A DNA stretch of 31,283 nt, from positions 1 to 31,283 of IMG/VR virus record IMGVR_UViG_3300048599_000033; one strand, written 5' to 3'. Positions 6,377 to 14,538 of this stretch are shown in pieces. The notes beneath the pieces are model-generated. The model made no database searches and was not told the DNA's origin. It worked only from the letters and a program-made list of their open reading frames with translations. The position numbers and the translations under genes are program-made. The DNA comes from a virus (taxonomy: Duplodnaviria > Caudoviricetes). The number at the start of each line of letters is the position of its first letter. The first letter of the stretch is position 1.

Positions 6377-7240
6377 TCAGCCTCCGATGGCGAGACGGTT
6401 GCGGAACGCCAGCATGGCGTCCGAGATATTCGACTCCAGTTCACCCTTGGCCGCGGCGAGATAGGCGTTCACGCGCTCGCGGTGCTTGATATAGAGGCGG
6501 ATGCAGATCACCGTGACCGCCGCGCACAGGGCGATGCCGAGGCCGGCGGCGATGATCGTTCCCCAATCCCATGACGGGTCCGCGCTGGTGGCGGCCGTGC
6601 CGGTTCCGCCAACGGTGCCCGAGCCGCCAGCCGCGGCCCCGCCGCCCGCGTTCGTCTTGGCCTTGTCCGCCTGCTTGGCTTCCTGCTCGAGCCGGTCCTT
6701 CACGATCACGGGGTTGACGGCTTCCATCGCCATCTTGACCGAGATCGCTTCCATGCGGGCATTGCGGGCGAGCCAGCCCTTCGCGAAGGACTTGAAGTGG
6801 GGGATGCCGCGATAGAACCGCTCCCGGCGCACGCAGATGCGCTTGCACAGTCCTACCCGATCATTGACCGCGTTCGCGGCGCGGGCGACCGCCACCATGC
6901 CGCCGGAGCCCTTGATGCCGATCACTTCGGCAATCAGGCTTTGCGCGCGGCCTGGGCCGGAATTGACGCCGATGTCGAATGCGAGTTGATCGGGCCCCTT
7001 GGCGAATTCGTCGCCGCGCACCCTGTTCCAGTACCCGCCGCGATAGATCGCGCGAAGCTCCATTTCGGAAATGAACTTGACGTGCTGCTTCGGCAGGCCG
7101 TGCAGGATCCGCCAGTCGTCATAGACGCGCTGGATGACGCCCTTCATGGTCGGCCCGCCGGGATCGGACGGATGATTGCTGTAGCCGCCTTCTTCTTTGA
7201 GTGTGTTGGCGAGGCAGCGTTCGTAATTGTCGGCGGTCAT
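6377..7240 (-). CDS. Endolysin, glycoside hydrolase family 108, with C-terminal TM segment
   Basis: EGGYSNHPSDPGGPT, FDIGVNSGPGRA and FAKGWLAR motifs, then a Gly/Ala linker and a hydrophobic helix. Confidence 0.9.
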   Translation of the reverse strand: MTADNYERCLANTLKEEGGYSNHPSDPGGPTMKGVIQRVYDDWRILHGLPKQHVKFISEMELRAIYRGGYWNRVRGDEFAKGPDQLAFDIGVNSGPGRAQSLIAEVIGIKGSGGMVAVARAANAVNDRVGLCKRICVRRERFYRGIPHFKSFAKGWLARNARMEAISVKMAMEAVNPVIVKDRLEQEAKQADKAKTNAGGGAAAGGSGTVGGTGTAATSADPSWDWGTIIAAGLGIALCAAVTVICIRLYIKHRERVNAYLAAAKGELESNISDAMLAFRNRLAIGG

Positions 7241-7929
7241 TTTGCCCCCCGCATTTCCCGGAGCATGTGGACGACTTCGCCGACGTGCTTCACGGTCTTG
7301 GCGCGCACGTCCGCGCGATCATCGATGTTGGTGTGGAAGTCGCGCAGATCGTAGCGTTCCATCGCGTTCGCTTTTCCGCACCACGCGATCAGTCCCCCGC
7401 CAAGCTGGAGCGGCAGTGTGTTGCGCCAGCCTATGACCGCCTGCACGTTGTCCGGCACGCAGGGTTTCAGCGGCGTCGGGTCGTAGGAGAACAGCGCCGC
7501 GACCGGGATGCCTTTCGCGCGCAGTTGATGCGCGATCCAGATTGCCGCGTCCGCGCCCATCGAGTGACCCGACAGGATGATCGGCAGGCCGTCGATCCGA
7601 TAATTGGCCTCCGCCGTGGCAAGCACCTTCCATTTGTCGATATGGCGGCGCGGGTAGGTTTTGACGGTCGGGTAAGCCTTCGTGACCGCATTCAGTGCGG
7701 CATCGACGCCGCCCGAGAAATTCAGCAACCGACCGAGCAGGCCCGTCATGCCATACATGCGGGCTTCGTATTTCGGCGCGGGCTTCGGCGCCGGAGCCGC
7801 CACGGCGGCCAGCCGGTATTCCTGCACGTCGATCTGTGCGCGCGACGCCTGGTAAACATCGCGCCAGTTCGAATGCGCGGCCGTGACCGTCAGGGCAAGA
7901 AAGATCGCCGCAAGAAGAATGCGTTTCAT
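7237..7929 (-). CDS. Secreted alpha/beta-hydrolase (esterase/lipase-like)
   Basis: Signal peptide MKRILLAAIFLALTVTAAHS, nucleophile elbow GHSMG, SYDP and late FHTNID. GGAGG SD. Confidence 0.75.
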   Translation of the reverse strand: MKRILLAAIFLALTVTAAHSNWRDVYQASRAQIDVQEYRLAAVAAPAPKPAPKYEARMYGMTGLLGRLLNFSGGVDAALNAVTKAYPTVKTYPRRHIDKWKVLATAEANYRIDGLPIILSGHSMGADAAIWIAHQLRAKGIPVAALFSYDPTPLKPCVPDNVQAVIGWRNTLPLQLGGGLIAWCGKANAMERYDLRDFHTNIDDRADVRAKTVKHVGEVVHMLREMRGAK

Positions 7930-8225
7930 GTGCCCTCCGGGGGGACGAAAATGCACTTCGGCTTTGCGTTGGGATCGGGGAAACAGGCGTGATACCGGCC
8001 GCTCAGCGATTGCCGCGTCGTCGCCTTGTCGTCGCGGGCAAAGACCCATTTGCCGTCGACCACATAGTCGTCCTGCAGCGTGCGGGTGACGCGGCTGTCA
8101 TCGATCGGCCCGCAGTCCTGCCCCGAGCAGCAATCGGCCGGATACCACTCATGCGACGTCGAAACCCCGGCCATCAGCGCGAGGAAGGCAAGCGTCAGGA
8201 TGATCGTTCCGATGATGGATCGCAT
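7926..8225 (-). CDS. Small secreted Cys-rich protein
   Basis: Signal peptide followed by HEWYPADCCSGQDC...YHAC...KCIFVPP. The ATG at 8225 is supported by promoter-motif spacing. Confidence 0.75.
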   Translation of the reverse strand: MRSIIGTIILTLAFLALMAGVSTSHEWYPADCCSGQDCGPIDDSRVTRTLQDDYVVDGKWVFARDDKATTRQSLSGRYHACFPDPNAKPKCIFVPPEGT

Positions 8226-8266
8226 GACCGGACCATGGTCGTGCGAGTGGTATCCCGGCAACGCAC
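8226..8266 (-). promoter_or_regulatory. Candidate late promoter (GTGCGTTG motif) for the lysis unit
   Basis: GTGCGTTG (8266-8259)-N21-CATGGT-N6-ATG(8225). Confidence 0.7.
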
Positions 8267-9118
8267 TCAGGCGTTGCGGCCCCGATGGTCGATCCAGCCG
8301 CGGGTCAGAATGTCCGCCACGTTAGAGCCGCCCGTCGAGTCGATCCGCCACCTGATCTGCGCGCTGGTATTCGTCTTGACGTAGCCGACCGCCGCCTCCG
8401 CCACGATGCCGGCCGAGCTTTCCACCCGCAGCGTGTGCGCGGTGGCCGCCGCGGCGTCGTTCGTCTCATCGAATGCCGACGTAAGCATGTAGAAATTGCC
8501 GGTGCCGTTCCGGCCCATCGCCACGATTTCAGCCAGCACCACGATCCCGGTCGGGACCGACAGCGTGGCCGTCTGTTCCGTCGTGGCGGGATTGGTCGAA
8601 TTGACGTCGCGCGCCGCAGACTTTCGCCGGAAATGATCGCCGAATTGCGTGTATCCGACGATCGCGCCGCCGCTCCGGATGATTGATGCAACCCGCCTCC
8701 ATGCGGTATATCCGCCTGGTAGAACGAGAGACGGGTCGGCGCTGGTATAGGTGAACACGTCATCTTTCAGGCCGCGGCCGCCGATGCCGAACATGTGCCA
8801 CGAGGCATTTGAGATCGCCGTTGCGGAATGGCGCATCCCGCCATTGCCCGGTGCCCAATCGACGTCCAGTTGCTTCGTCAGGGCATCGGAGATTTCGATG
8901 TCGCGCTGATCCTTCGGCGCGGTGCTGCGGTATCCGCTCCGGCCGATATTCGACGTCGACCGGCATGTGCCGGCAGAGACATCAATATCGTTGGTCGCGT
9001 CGCTCGCGTTGTTCCCCGTCACGAGCCCGTCAATGTGGCCGCGCGGCAGGAACCCGTCGTCGAACTTGCGTTCGATCCGCCCCGAATAATAGCCCGGCAG
9101 TGCGTGCGGCTGGAACAT
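8267..9118 (-). CDS. Tail fibre/receptor-binding-type protein
   Basis: GHIDGLVTGNNASDATNDIDVSAG...LPGGYTAWRRVASI...TRGWIDHRG, a beta-rich tail-fibre-distal-like pattern. Follows the fibre adaptor genes. Confidence 0.65.
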   Translation of the reverse strand: MFQPHALPGYYSGRIERKFDDGFLPRGHIDGLVTGNNASDATNDIDVSAGTCRSTSNIGRSGYRSTAPKDQRDIEISDALTKQLDVDWAPGNGGMRHSATAISNASWHMFGIGGRGLKDDVFTYTSADPSLVLPGGYTAWRRVASIIRSGGAIVGYTQFGDHFRRKSAARDVNSTNPATTEQTATLSVPTGIVVLAEIVAMGRNGTGNFYMLTSAFDETNDAAAATAHTLRVESSAGIVAEAAVGYVKTNTSAQIRWRIDSTGGSNVADILTRGWIDHRGRNA

Positions 9119-9124
9119 TGCGCC

Positions 9125-9523
9125 TCACAGATCGGAGCCGAAAACATGCACCTTGAACGTCTCGGCGTTGTGCGTCGACGCGCGGATCGAATGGCTTGCT
9201 GGCAGATAAAGCGCGTTGCCGCGCATCGAGCAGTCGATTTGGAAAAAATACGACGCGATCGTTGCCGACGGTGTGATCGCCTGCACGAGAATTTCGCGCC
9301 ACAGGAAATAGGTCGAGCCGTCATGCGTGAACAGTCGCACCACCCCGGCCGTGGTCGTCCCAGCCGCGCAAATGTCGATATGGTCGACGATCGTCCCGTT
9401 CGCGCCGGCGGTCAGGACGGTGCCGATCGTGCCTGTGCCATCGCGGTTCGTGTTTGCCGTAGCAATCGAAGCCAGTCCGGCACGGAGAGCCTGGGAGAAA
9501 ATCGGTGTGGCGGTGACGGCCAT
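9125..9523 (-). CDS. Small virion/tail-associated protein
   Basis: 132 aa, Thr/Ala-rich and beta-rich (ANTNRDGTGTI..VLTAGANG), within the tail-fibre module. Confidence 0.7.
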   Translation of the reverse strand: MAVTATPIFSQALRAGLASIATANTNRDGTGTIGTVLTAGANGTIVDHIDICAAGTTTAGVVRLFTHDGSTYFLWREILVQAITPSATIASYFFQIDCSMRGNALYLPASHSIRASTHNAETFKVHVFGSDL

Positions 9524-9534
9524 CGTTCATGCCC

Positions 9535-10155
9535 TCATTGGCACCAATGCCAGTTGGAAAGTCCGGAATATGCGGTCTGATCCGTGATCCCGAGCGTGGT
9601 TCGCGCCGCTGCGGCGGTCGTGTCGTCGAGGAGCGTGAGAATGAAGGCGCTGGCCGCAACGGACGTGCTGACCGCGCTGACCGCCGTCGGATTGCCGTCG
9701 GCGTCGAAATAGAGGTACTTCTGCGCGCGCGATGCTGCGGCAGGCAGATCGTCCATTTCTTCGGCATCGGCCGTCGGCTGCTTGATCGACCGGACGAGGT
9801 TGTCGTCCAGTTGCTGCAAGATCATCATGAAGCGCGAGAACTGCAGGTTGATCGCAGGAATATCGAGCGGGCCAGACGGCGGGATATGCGTCGTCAATTC
9901 GTAGGGCAGCACTCGCGCGATGATGATGGAGTCGTTGAGCGTGGCGCCCGTGACGAGGGTGATCGTCCCGCCGTCCTCCTCCTCCGCGCCGCTAGTCGTG
10001 TAGTGCGTGGAGAGGGTTTTCAGCGTGCCGTTCTGATAGACCTCGAGATCGCCTTCATCGAGGAACGGGAACGGGACCGTGAACACGGTCTGTCCGGAAG
10101 TCGCCGTGTAGGCAACCCGCGCGCCGGAATCCGAAATATCGAGCCAATCGGGCAT
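9535..10155 (-). CDS. Tail fibre N-terminal (T7 gp17-like) adaptor protein
   Basis: YTATSGQTVFTVPFPFLDEGDLEVY...MILQQL pattern, short (206 aa). ATG at 10155. Confidence 0.8.
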   Translation of the reverse strand: MPDWLDISDSGARVAYTATSGQTVFTVPFPFLDEGDLEVYQNGTLKTLSTHYTTSGAEEEDGGTITLVTGATLNDSIIIARVLPYELTTHIPPSGPLDIPAINLQFSRFMMILQQLDDNLVRSIKQPTADAEEMDDLPAAASRAQKYLYFDADGNPTAVSAVSTSVAASAFILTLLDDTTAAAARTTLGITDQTAYSGLSNWHWCQ

Positions 10156-10196
10156 GGCGGGACGGTCGCCCGCAGCCCCGTTCAGCGGCAACGCAC
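10156..10196 (-). promoter_or_regulatory. Candidate late promoter (GTGCGTTG motif) for the tail-fibre unit
   Basis: GTGCGTTG (10196-10189)-N21-GACCGT-N6-ATG(10155). Confidence 0.7.
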
Positions 10197-10197
10197 T

Positions 10198-13100
10198 CTA
10201 TTGGATACCGAGGCGCCGGTTCGCGCCCTCCTCGACCATGTTGAACAGGCCGCGCAGATAGAACAGGTTTTGCGTCGCCATCAGCCGACGCAGCGCCCGC
10301 GTGTCGCTTTCCTGCCAGTCCGCCGTGGCCGCCGAGCCGCCGACCTGGAAGGCGTCTTTCACCTTGCCGGCCGTGGGCCCAAGCAGCATGTCGAGCGCGG
10401 AGCGGGACACGAACCGGCTGGCCGGCTTGTCGGCGCCGATCGCGCGATAGACGTCGACCGAGCCGCGCGTCACCTTGGAGGCGAGCGCATTGCCCTCCTC
10501 GATCCAGCCGAGGACGCCGCCGCGCGAAATTCCCTCCTTGAACCAATCCTGCGGCCGGTCGCTGGTTTCCACTCCGCCGAACACCGAATTCAGCTTGTAG
10601 GACAGCATTCCGAGCCCGGCCGAGAACACCAGCCCCTGCAGGGTCGCGGCGTCGCGCCGTTGCAGGCCGGCGATCAGGATGCGCTCGTTCGCGGAAGCCG
10701 TGAACGCCTTGAACTGCCCGAATACCGACACGACCGGCTTGGACATCCAGAGCGGCTTTTCCTGCCCCGGAGTCACCACGGCGATGTCCGTCTCGCGCGC
10801 GACCGCCGCATTCAGCGCATCCGCCGCGGCGCGGTCGGTCCAGTCCGCCGTATTCGGGAGCCGCACGCCGTCGATGACCTCGCCCGCCCGGCCGAATTCC
10901 GCGGCGATCTTCGTCGCCATGTTCGCGTCGATGCCGCTTTCGATCAGGTTGGCGAGTTGCTTCTTGCTCGCCTTGCCGGTCGCCGCCGCCTGCGATGCCT
11001 TGAGGATTTCCGAGACGGCGACGTGGGCCGCGATCGTCTTGAATGCGTCCGTCTGCGGTGCCTGCAGGTTCGCGATGAAGAACTTGTCGGAGGCCCATTG
11101 CAGGCCGCGCTCGACCGGCGACTGCGGACGATAGGCTTCCATCACGTCGTCCATCGCGTGCTGGCGCGCATTGATCGCGGTTTCGGCCCCGATGCCGATC
11201 GCCCGCATCTGCGACTTGAACTTCGTGAAGGCTTCGGATTTGCCGGTCAGTCCGCGCAGGAACGGCGTCCATCCGTCGGTCAGAACCGAGCCGATGCCCC
11301 AGCGGAAAATGGCCCCCGCCATGTCCGGCAGGCTCGAGATCGCCGACACGCCCATGCTGGTCAGATTGTTGACCTGCTTCGCCGCGTTCGCCACGCGCGC
11401 CATGTTCGCCGTGTCAGGCGACCAGCCGTAAACACCGCGCACCCGGTCGCGCATGCCGGCGACGTCGCGGATCACAGCATCGCGCTCCTTGCCGAGGCGG
11501 GTCCGCTCCGCTTCCGATTTGGTGGCGTCCGCCTTGGCCGCGTATTCCTCGTTGATGCGACGGAACACCTGCGTCATTTCAACGTCGCCGTGCTTTTCCG
11601 TCAGCAGGACATCCGGCACGACGGTCCGCAGATAGCCGTTCACCACCCTTTCGATGTCGTCCTCGATCCAGTCCCGAGCCCAGGCGTTCGACACCATGAA
11701 CTCCCGGCCAGCCAGCGAGCCGCGCACCGGCTGGTCGCCGCGGAACCCGACGCGCGGCCCGCCAGAGGCCATGTCGTAGGGCAGGCGGCCGTCGGGAGAA
11801 CTCAGGATGCGGTCGGCCGTTTCGTGCGCCCGCTCCCGCAATTCGTCATCGGATAGGTCGCGCTCCTTCTCCAGAATTTTCCGGAGCGTCTTGTCGATCG
11901 CATCGTCCGCGCTCTTGAGCCGCGGCGCGTCGTCGGGACGGCCGGACTTCTCCGCATAGGCTTCCCGCGATTTCAGGGCCGACTTCGCCTCCGCCGCCGA
12001 CTTGCCTTCCCATGCGCCGATTTCCTCCTCGATCTTGACGCGCAGATCGTCGTAATGCTGCCGCGCGATCAGGATGGCATCCTCGATCAATTCCCGGCGC
12101 GCTTCGGCCCGGCTCAGCCGGTCCTCGATCACGCCGAGCCGCCCGCGGTTTTGCCGCTCCGCCAATTCCGCTTCCTCGCCCCGGGCGCCAGCCTCGCGCA
12201 GCCGTTGCTCCTTGCGCCCGCGCGCTACCCGGCCCCGGTCGATGGCCGCGCGAAGGTCGGCAATGCCCTGCCGCGTGACGGTGATTTGCTCCTCGACGTC
12301 CGCCCGGCGCAGGGACGCCGGGATGTCCTGCCCGACCGCCTCCATTTCCGCGACGACGCGGTCAAGGTCGTCGAGCGTCATCGGCGCGTCGCGCCCGCCC
12401 TGCAGCACCTTGGCGACATCGGCCGCCTTCTTGACCTCGATACCGGCCCGGTGAAACGCCTCATCCAGCGCATGCGCAAACTGTCCGGCGCGCAGTTCCG
12501 CCGTATCGCCGAATTGCCCCTCCCACCATGCCGGCTCGCGCCCGCGCAGCGCGTCACCGATCCATTCGAGGATTTCCGACGAATCCGGAGCGCCGCCACC
12601 CGGCGTATCTTTGCGCGGGAACAGATGCTCGAATTGCTCCTGGATCATTTCCGCGACGCGGTCGAGCGGCCGACCGCTCTTGTCGTTCAGGAGGCCCGGC
12701 CGGGCGCGCGGATTGTCCATGATATACCGCAGGTCGCCGCGGTTATCCTTCACGCCGCCGTTCGTCACCAGCCATGTGATGAAAGACGGCACCTTGGGAA
12801 ACTTGCGCCGGCCGACCAGCATTTCGGCGGCCATGCGCGTCTCGCCGGTCAGGATGCCCTGCAATTCCTCCTGCTCGACGGCGCGCAATTGCGCCTCAGT
12901 CATCGGCTTGTCCTCGCGGCGCAGCGCGGCGGCGTCCTTCTGCAATTGGTCGAGCCGGCCGAGCAGCGCCGGATCCTTCACTTCCGCCCGCATCGCGCCG
13001 ACGAATTCCTCGATCTCTGAGATTTCCTGCCCGATCAGTGCGGCCCGCTCATCCAGCGCGCCGACGCGATTCTCGCGCGCCGTGGCCTCGACCTCGCGCT

Positions 13101-14538
13101 CCTTGAGCCGACCGATCAGTTCGCGGCCCTTGTTGTCGATGGTTTCCAGCCGGCGTTCGTATTTCTCGATCTGTCCCGACCACGACTTGAGTTGCGCGGC
13201 GGACCATTCCAGCCGCTGCTTTGCCGCGGCCTTCTTCGTTTGGTCGGATTTCAGATAGTCCAGTACGCGGTTGACGAATTCCGGCCGGCGCGCGCGCACC
13301 TTCTCCTTGTTCCAGATATGCGGGAAATAGCCCTCGCCTTTGTCCGGCTCGACGCGCTTGAAGCCCTCGATCGCGCTCTCCGCGCGCGCCGCCCACGGCT
13401 CGAAAATCTTGTCGCGGACATAGGCGGCGGCCTCCGCCACCTGCGGAATATCGTGGACGCCACCGTTCTGCACCGCGACGGCGACCTCCCGCCGGAAGTC
13501 CGCGGGCGACAGCATCCCCTCGCTCTTGCCCATGAATTCAGCCGCCTTCGCCCGCACGTTCGGGAACGAAATATCCGCGTCGCCGAAGCGGTAGGCGCCA
13601 TAGAGGCGGTTCAGTTCGTCGCCGAATTGCACGCGGGCGCCAGTGGTCTGCATACGGACCAGCCGCTCGACGGTCGCGCCCTGGGGGCCCTCGCCGTCCT
13701 TGAAGGAGTAAGGGGTTTCGAACGTGTCCGCGACCGCGCGCCGCGCCTCGACGGATTCCGCGGCCAGCACCCGGCGGGTCGGAGAGACTTGCGGCAGAAC
13801 GCCGCCGCCGGCGGCCAGTTCGAGCCGCCGCGTGTCCGTCGCGGCGGCGCCAGCATCAGCCGCGGCCGGCACATGAAGGTCCGCCCCGGCCCGATCGACA
13901 TCGAGTTGAATGGCAATCGACCGCCGCTCAGCGGCCGTCAGGAGCCGCGCAGCGCCCCCACCGATGAGCCCGCCGAGCAGCGTGGACGATGCGATGGCAA
14001 CGCCGCTTTCGCCCGCTGTACGAGTCTCCTGAATGGCCTGCAGCACCGCTTCCTGCGCCCCGGTCTGGAGCGCCGCCGCGGCCCCGACCGACGTCATGGA
14101 GCGCACCACGGAATAGCCGCCCTTGGCGGCCTTGGCGATCTGGCCGGCCGGGAAGGCGATGGTCGGATCGATCACGCCGGCGGCAACCTGCGCCACGAAG
14201 CCCGGGAAGCCCGCGGCATCGAGAATTCGGCGGTCGGCCTCCTCCTCGTCGATCCGGCGCACGATGGCGTTCGTTTCCGCCGTGCTTTGCGAGTCGAGAA
14301 ACTTGTCGGAATGGTCCCGGCCGTAGCGCGTGCCCCGGATCACGTCCATAGGATTATGGTCCGGCTCCGGCGCGAAGGTTGGACGGATCGCGGCGCGCAC
14401 GACATTGGTCAGGGGATTGTCCTGCCGGAACGCCGCGCCCACGGTGTCGATGATGCCCGGCGTCTCGACGGGCGGCTTCGGCGTGGCGGTTTCGGAGGCG
14501 CGAAAATCCGGCGTTTCGGTATCGGGCACAAAGGCCAT
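10198..14538 (-). CDS. Large internal virion (ejection) protein, T7 gp16-position
   Basis: 1446 aa from ATG 14538. GYFPHIWN and C-terminal VFGQFKAF...QNLFYLR patterns. Third of three internal virion genes. Confidence 0.8.
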   Translation of the reverse strand: MAFVPDTETPDFRASETATPKPPVETPGIIDTVGAAFRQDNPLTNVVRAAIRPTFAPEPDHNPMDVIRGTRYGRDHSDKFLDSQSTAETNAIVRRIDEEEADRRILDAAGFPGFVAQVAAGVIDPTIAFPAGQIAKAAKGGYSVVRSMTSVGAAAALQTGAQEAVLQAIQETRTAGESGVAIASSTLLGGLIGGGAARLLTAAERRSIAIQLDVDRAGADLHVPAAADAGAAATDTRRLELAAGGGVLPQVSPTRRVLAAESVEARRAVADTFETPYSFKDGEGPQGATVERLVRMQTTGARVQFGDELNRLYGAYRFGDADISFPNVRAKAAEFMGKSEGMLSPADFRREVAVAVQNGGVHDIPQVAEAAAYVRDKIFEPWAARAESAIEGFKRVEPDKGEGYFPHIWNKEKVRARRPEFVNRVLDYLKSDQTKKAAAKQRLEWSAAQLKSWSGQIEKYERRLETIDNKGRELIGRLKEREVEATARENRVGALDERAALIGQEISEIEEFVGAMRAEVKDPALLGRLDQLQKDAAALRREDKPMTEAQLRAVEQEELQGILTGETRMAAEMLVGRRKFPKVPSFITWLVTNGGVKDNRGDLRYIMDNPRARPGLLNDKSGRPLDRVAEMIQEQFEHLFPRKDTPGGGAPDSSEILEWIGDALRGREPAWWEGQFGDTAELRAGQFAHALDEAFHRAGIEVKKAADVAKVLQGGRDAPMTLDDLDRVVAEMEAVGQDIPASLRRADVEEQITVTRQGIADLRAAIDRGRVARGRKEQRLREAGARGEEAELAERQNRGRLGVIEDRLSRAEARRELIEDAILIARQHYDDLRVKIEEEIGAWEGKSAAEAKSALKSREAYAEKSGRPDDAPRLKSADDAIDKTLRKILEKERDLSDDELRERAHETADRILSSPDGRLPYDMASGGPRVGFRGDQPVRGSLAGREFMVSNAWARDWIEDDIERVVNGYLRTVVPDVLLTEKHGDVEMTQVFRRINEEYAAKADATKSEAERTRLGKERDAVIRDVAGMRDRVRGVYGWSPDTANMARVANAAKQVNNLTSMGVSAISSLPDMAGAIFRWGIGSVLTDGWTPFLRGLTGKSEAFTKFKSQMRAIGIGAETAINARQHAMDDVMEAYRPQSPVERGLQWASDKFFIANLQAPQTDAFKTIAAHVAVSEILKASQAAATGKASKKQLANLIESGIDANMATKIAAEFGRAGEVIDGVRLPNTADWTDRAAADALNAAVARETDIAVVTPGQEKPLWMSKPVVSVFGQFKAFTASANERILIAGLQRRDAATLQGLVFSAGLGMLSYKLNSVFGGVETSDRPQDWFKEGISRGGVLGWIEEGNALASKVTRGSVDVYRAIGADKPASRFVSRSALDMLLGPTAGKVKDAFQVGGSAATADWQESDTRALRRLMATQNLFYLRGLFNMVEEGANRRLGIQ

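Noticed and set aside
8267-9118. Diversity-generating retroelement as in BPP-1
   Set aside because: I saw no reverse transcriptase and no template/variable repeat pair near any fibre gene in this window.
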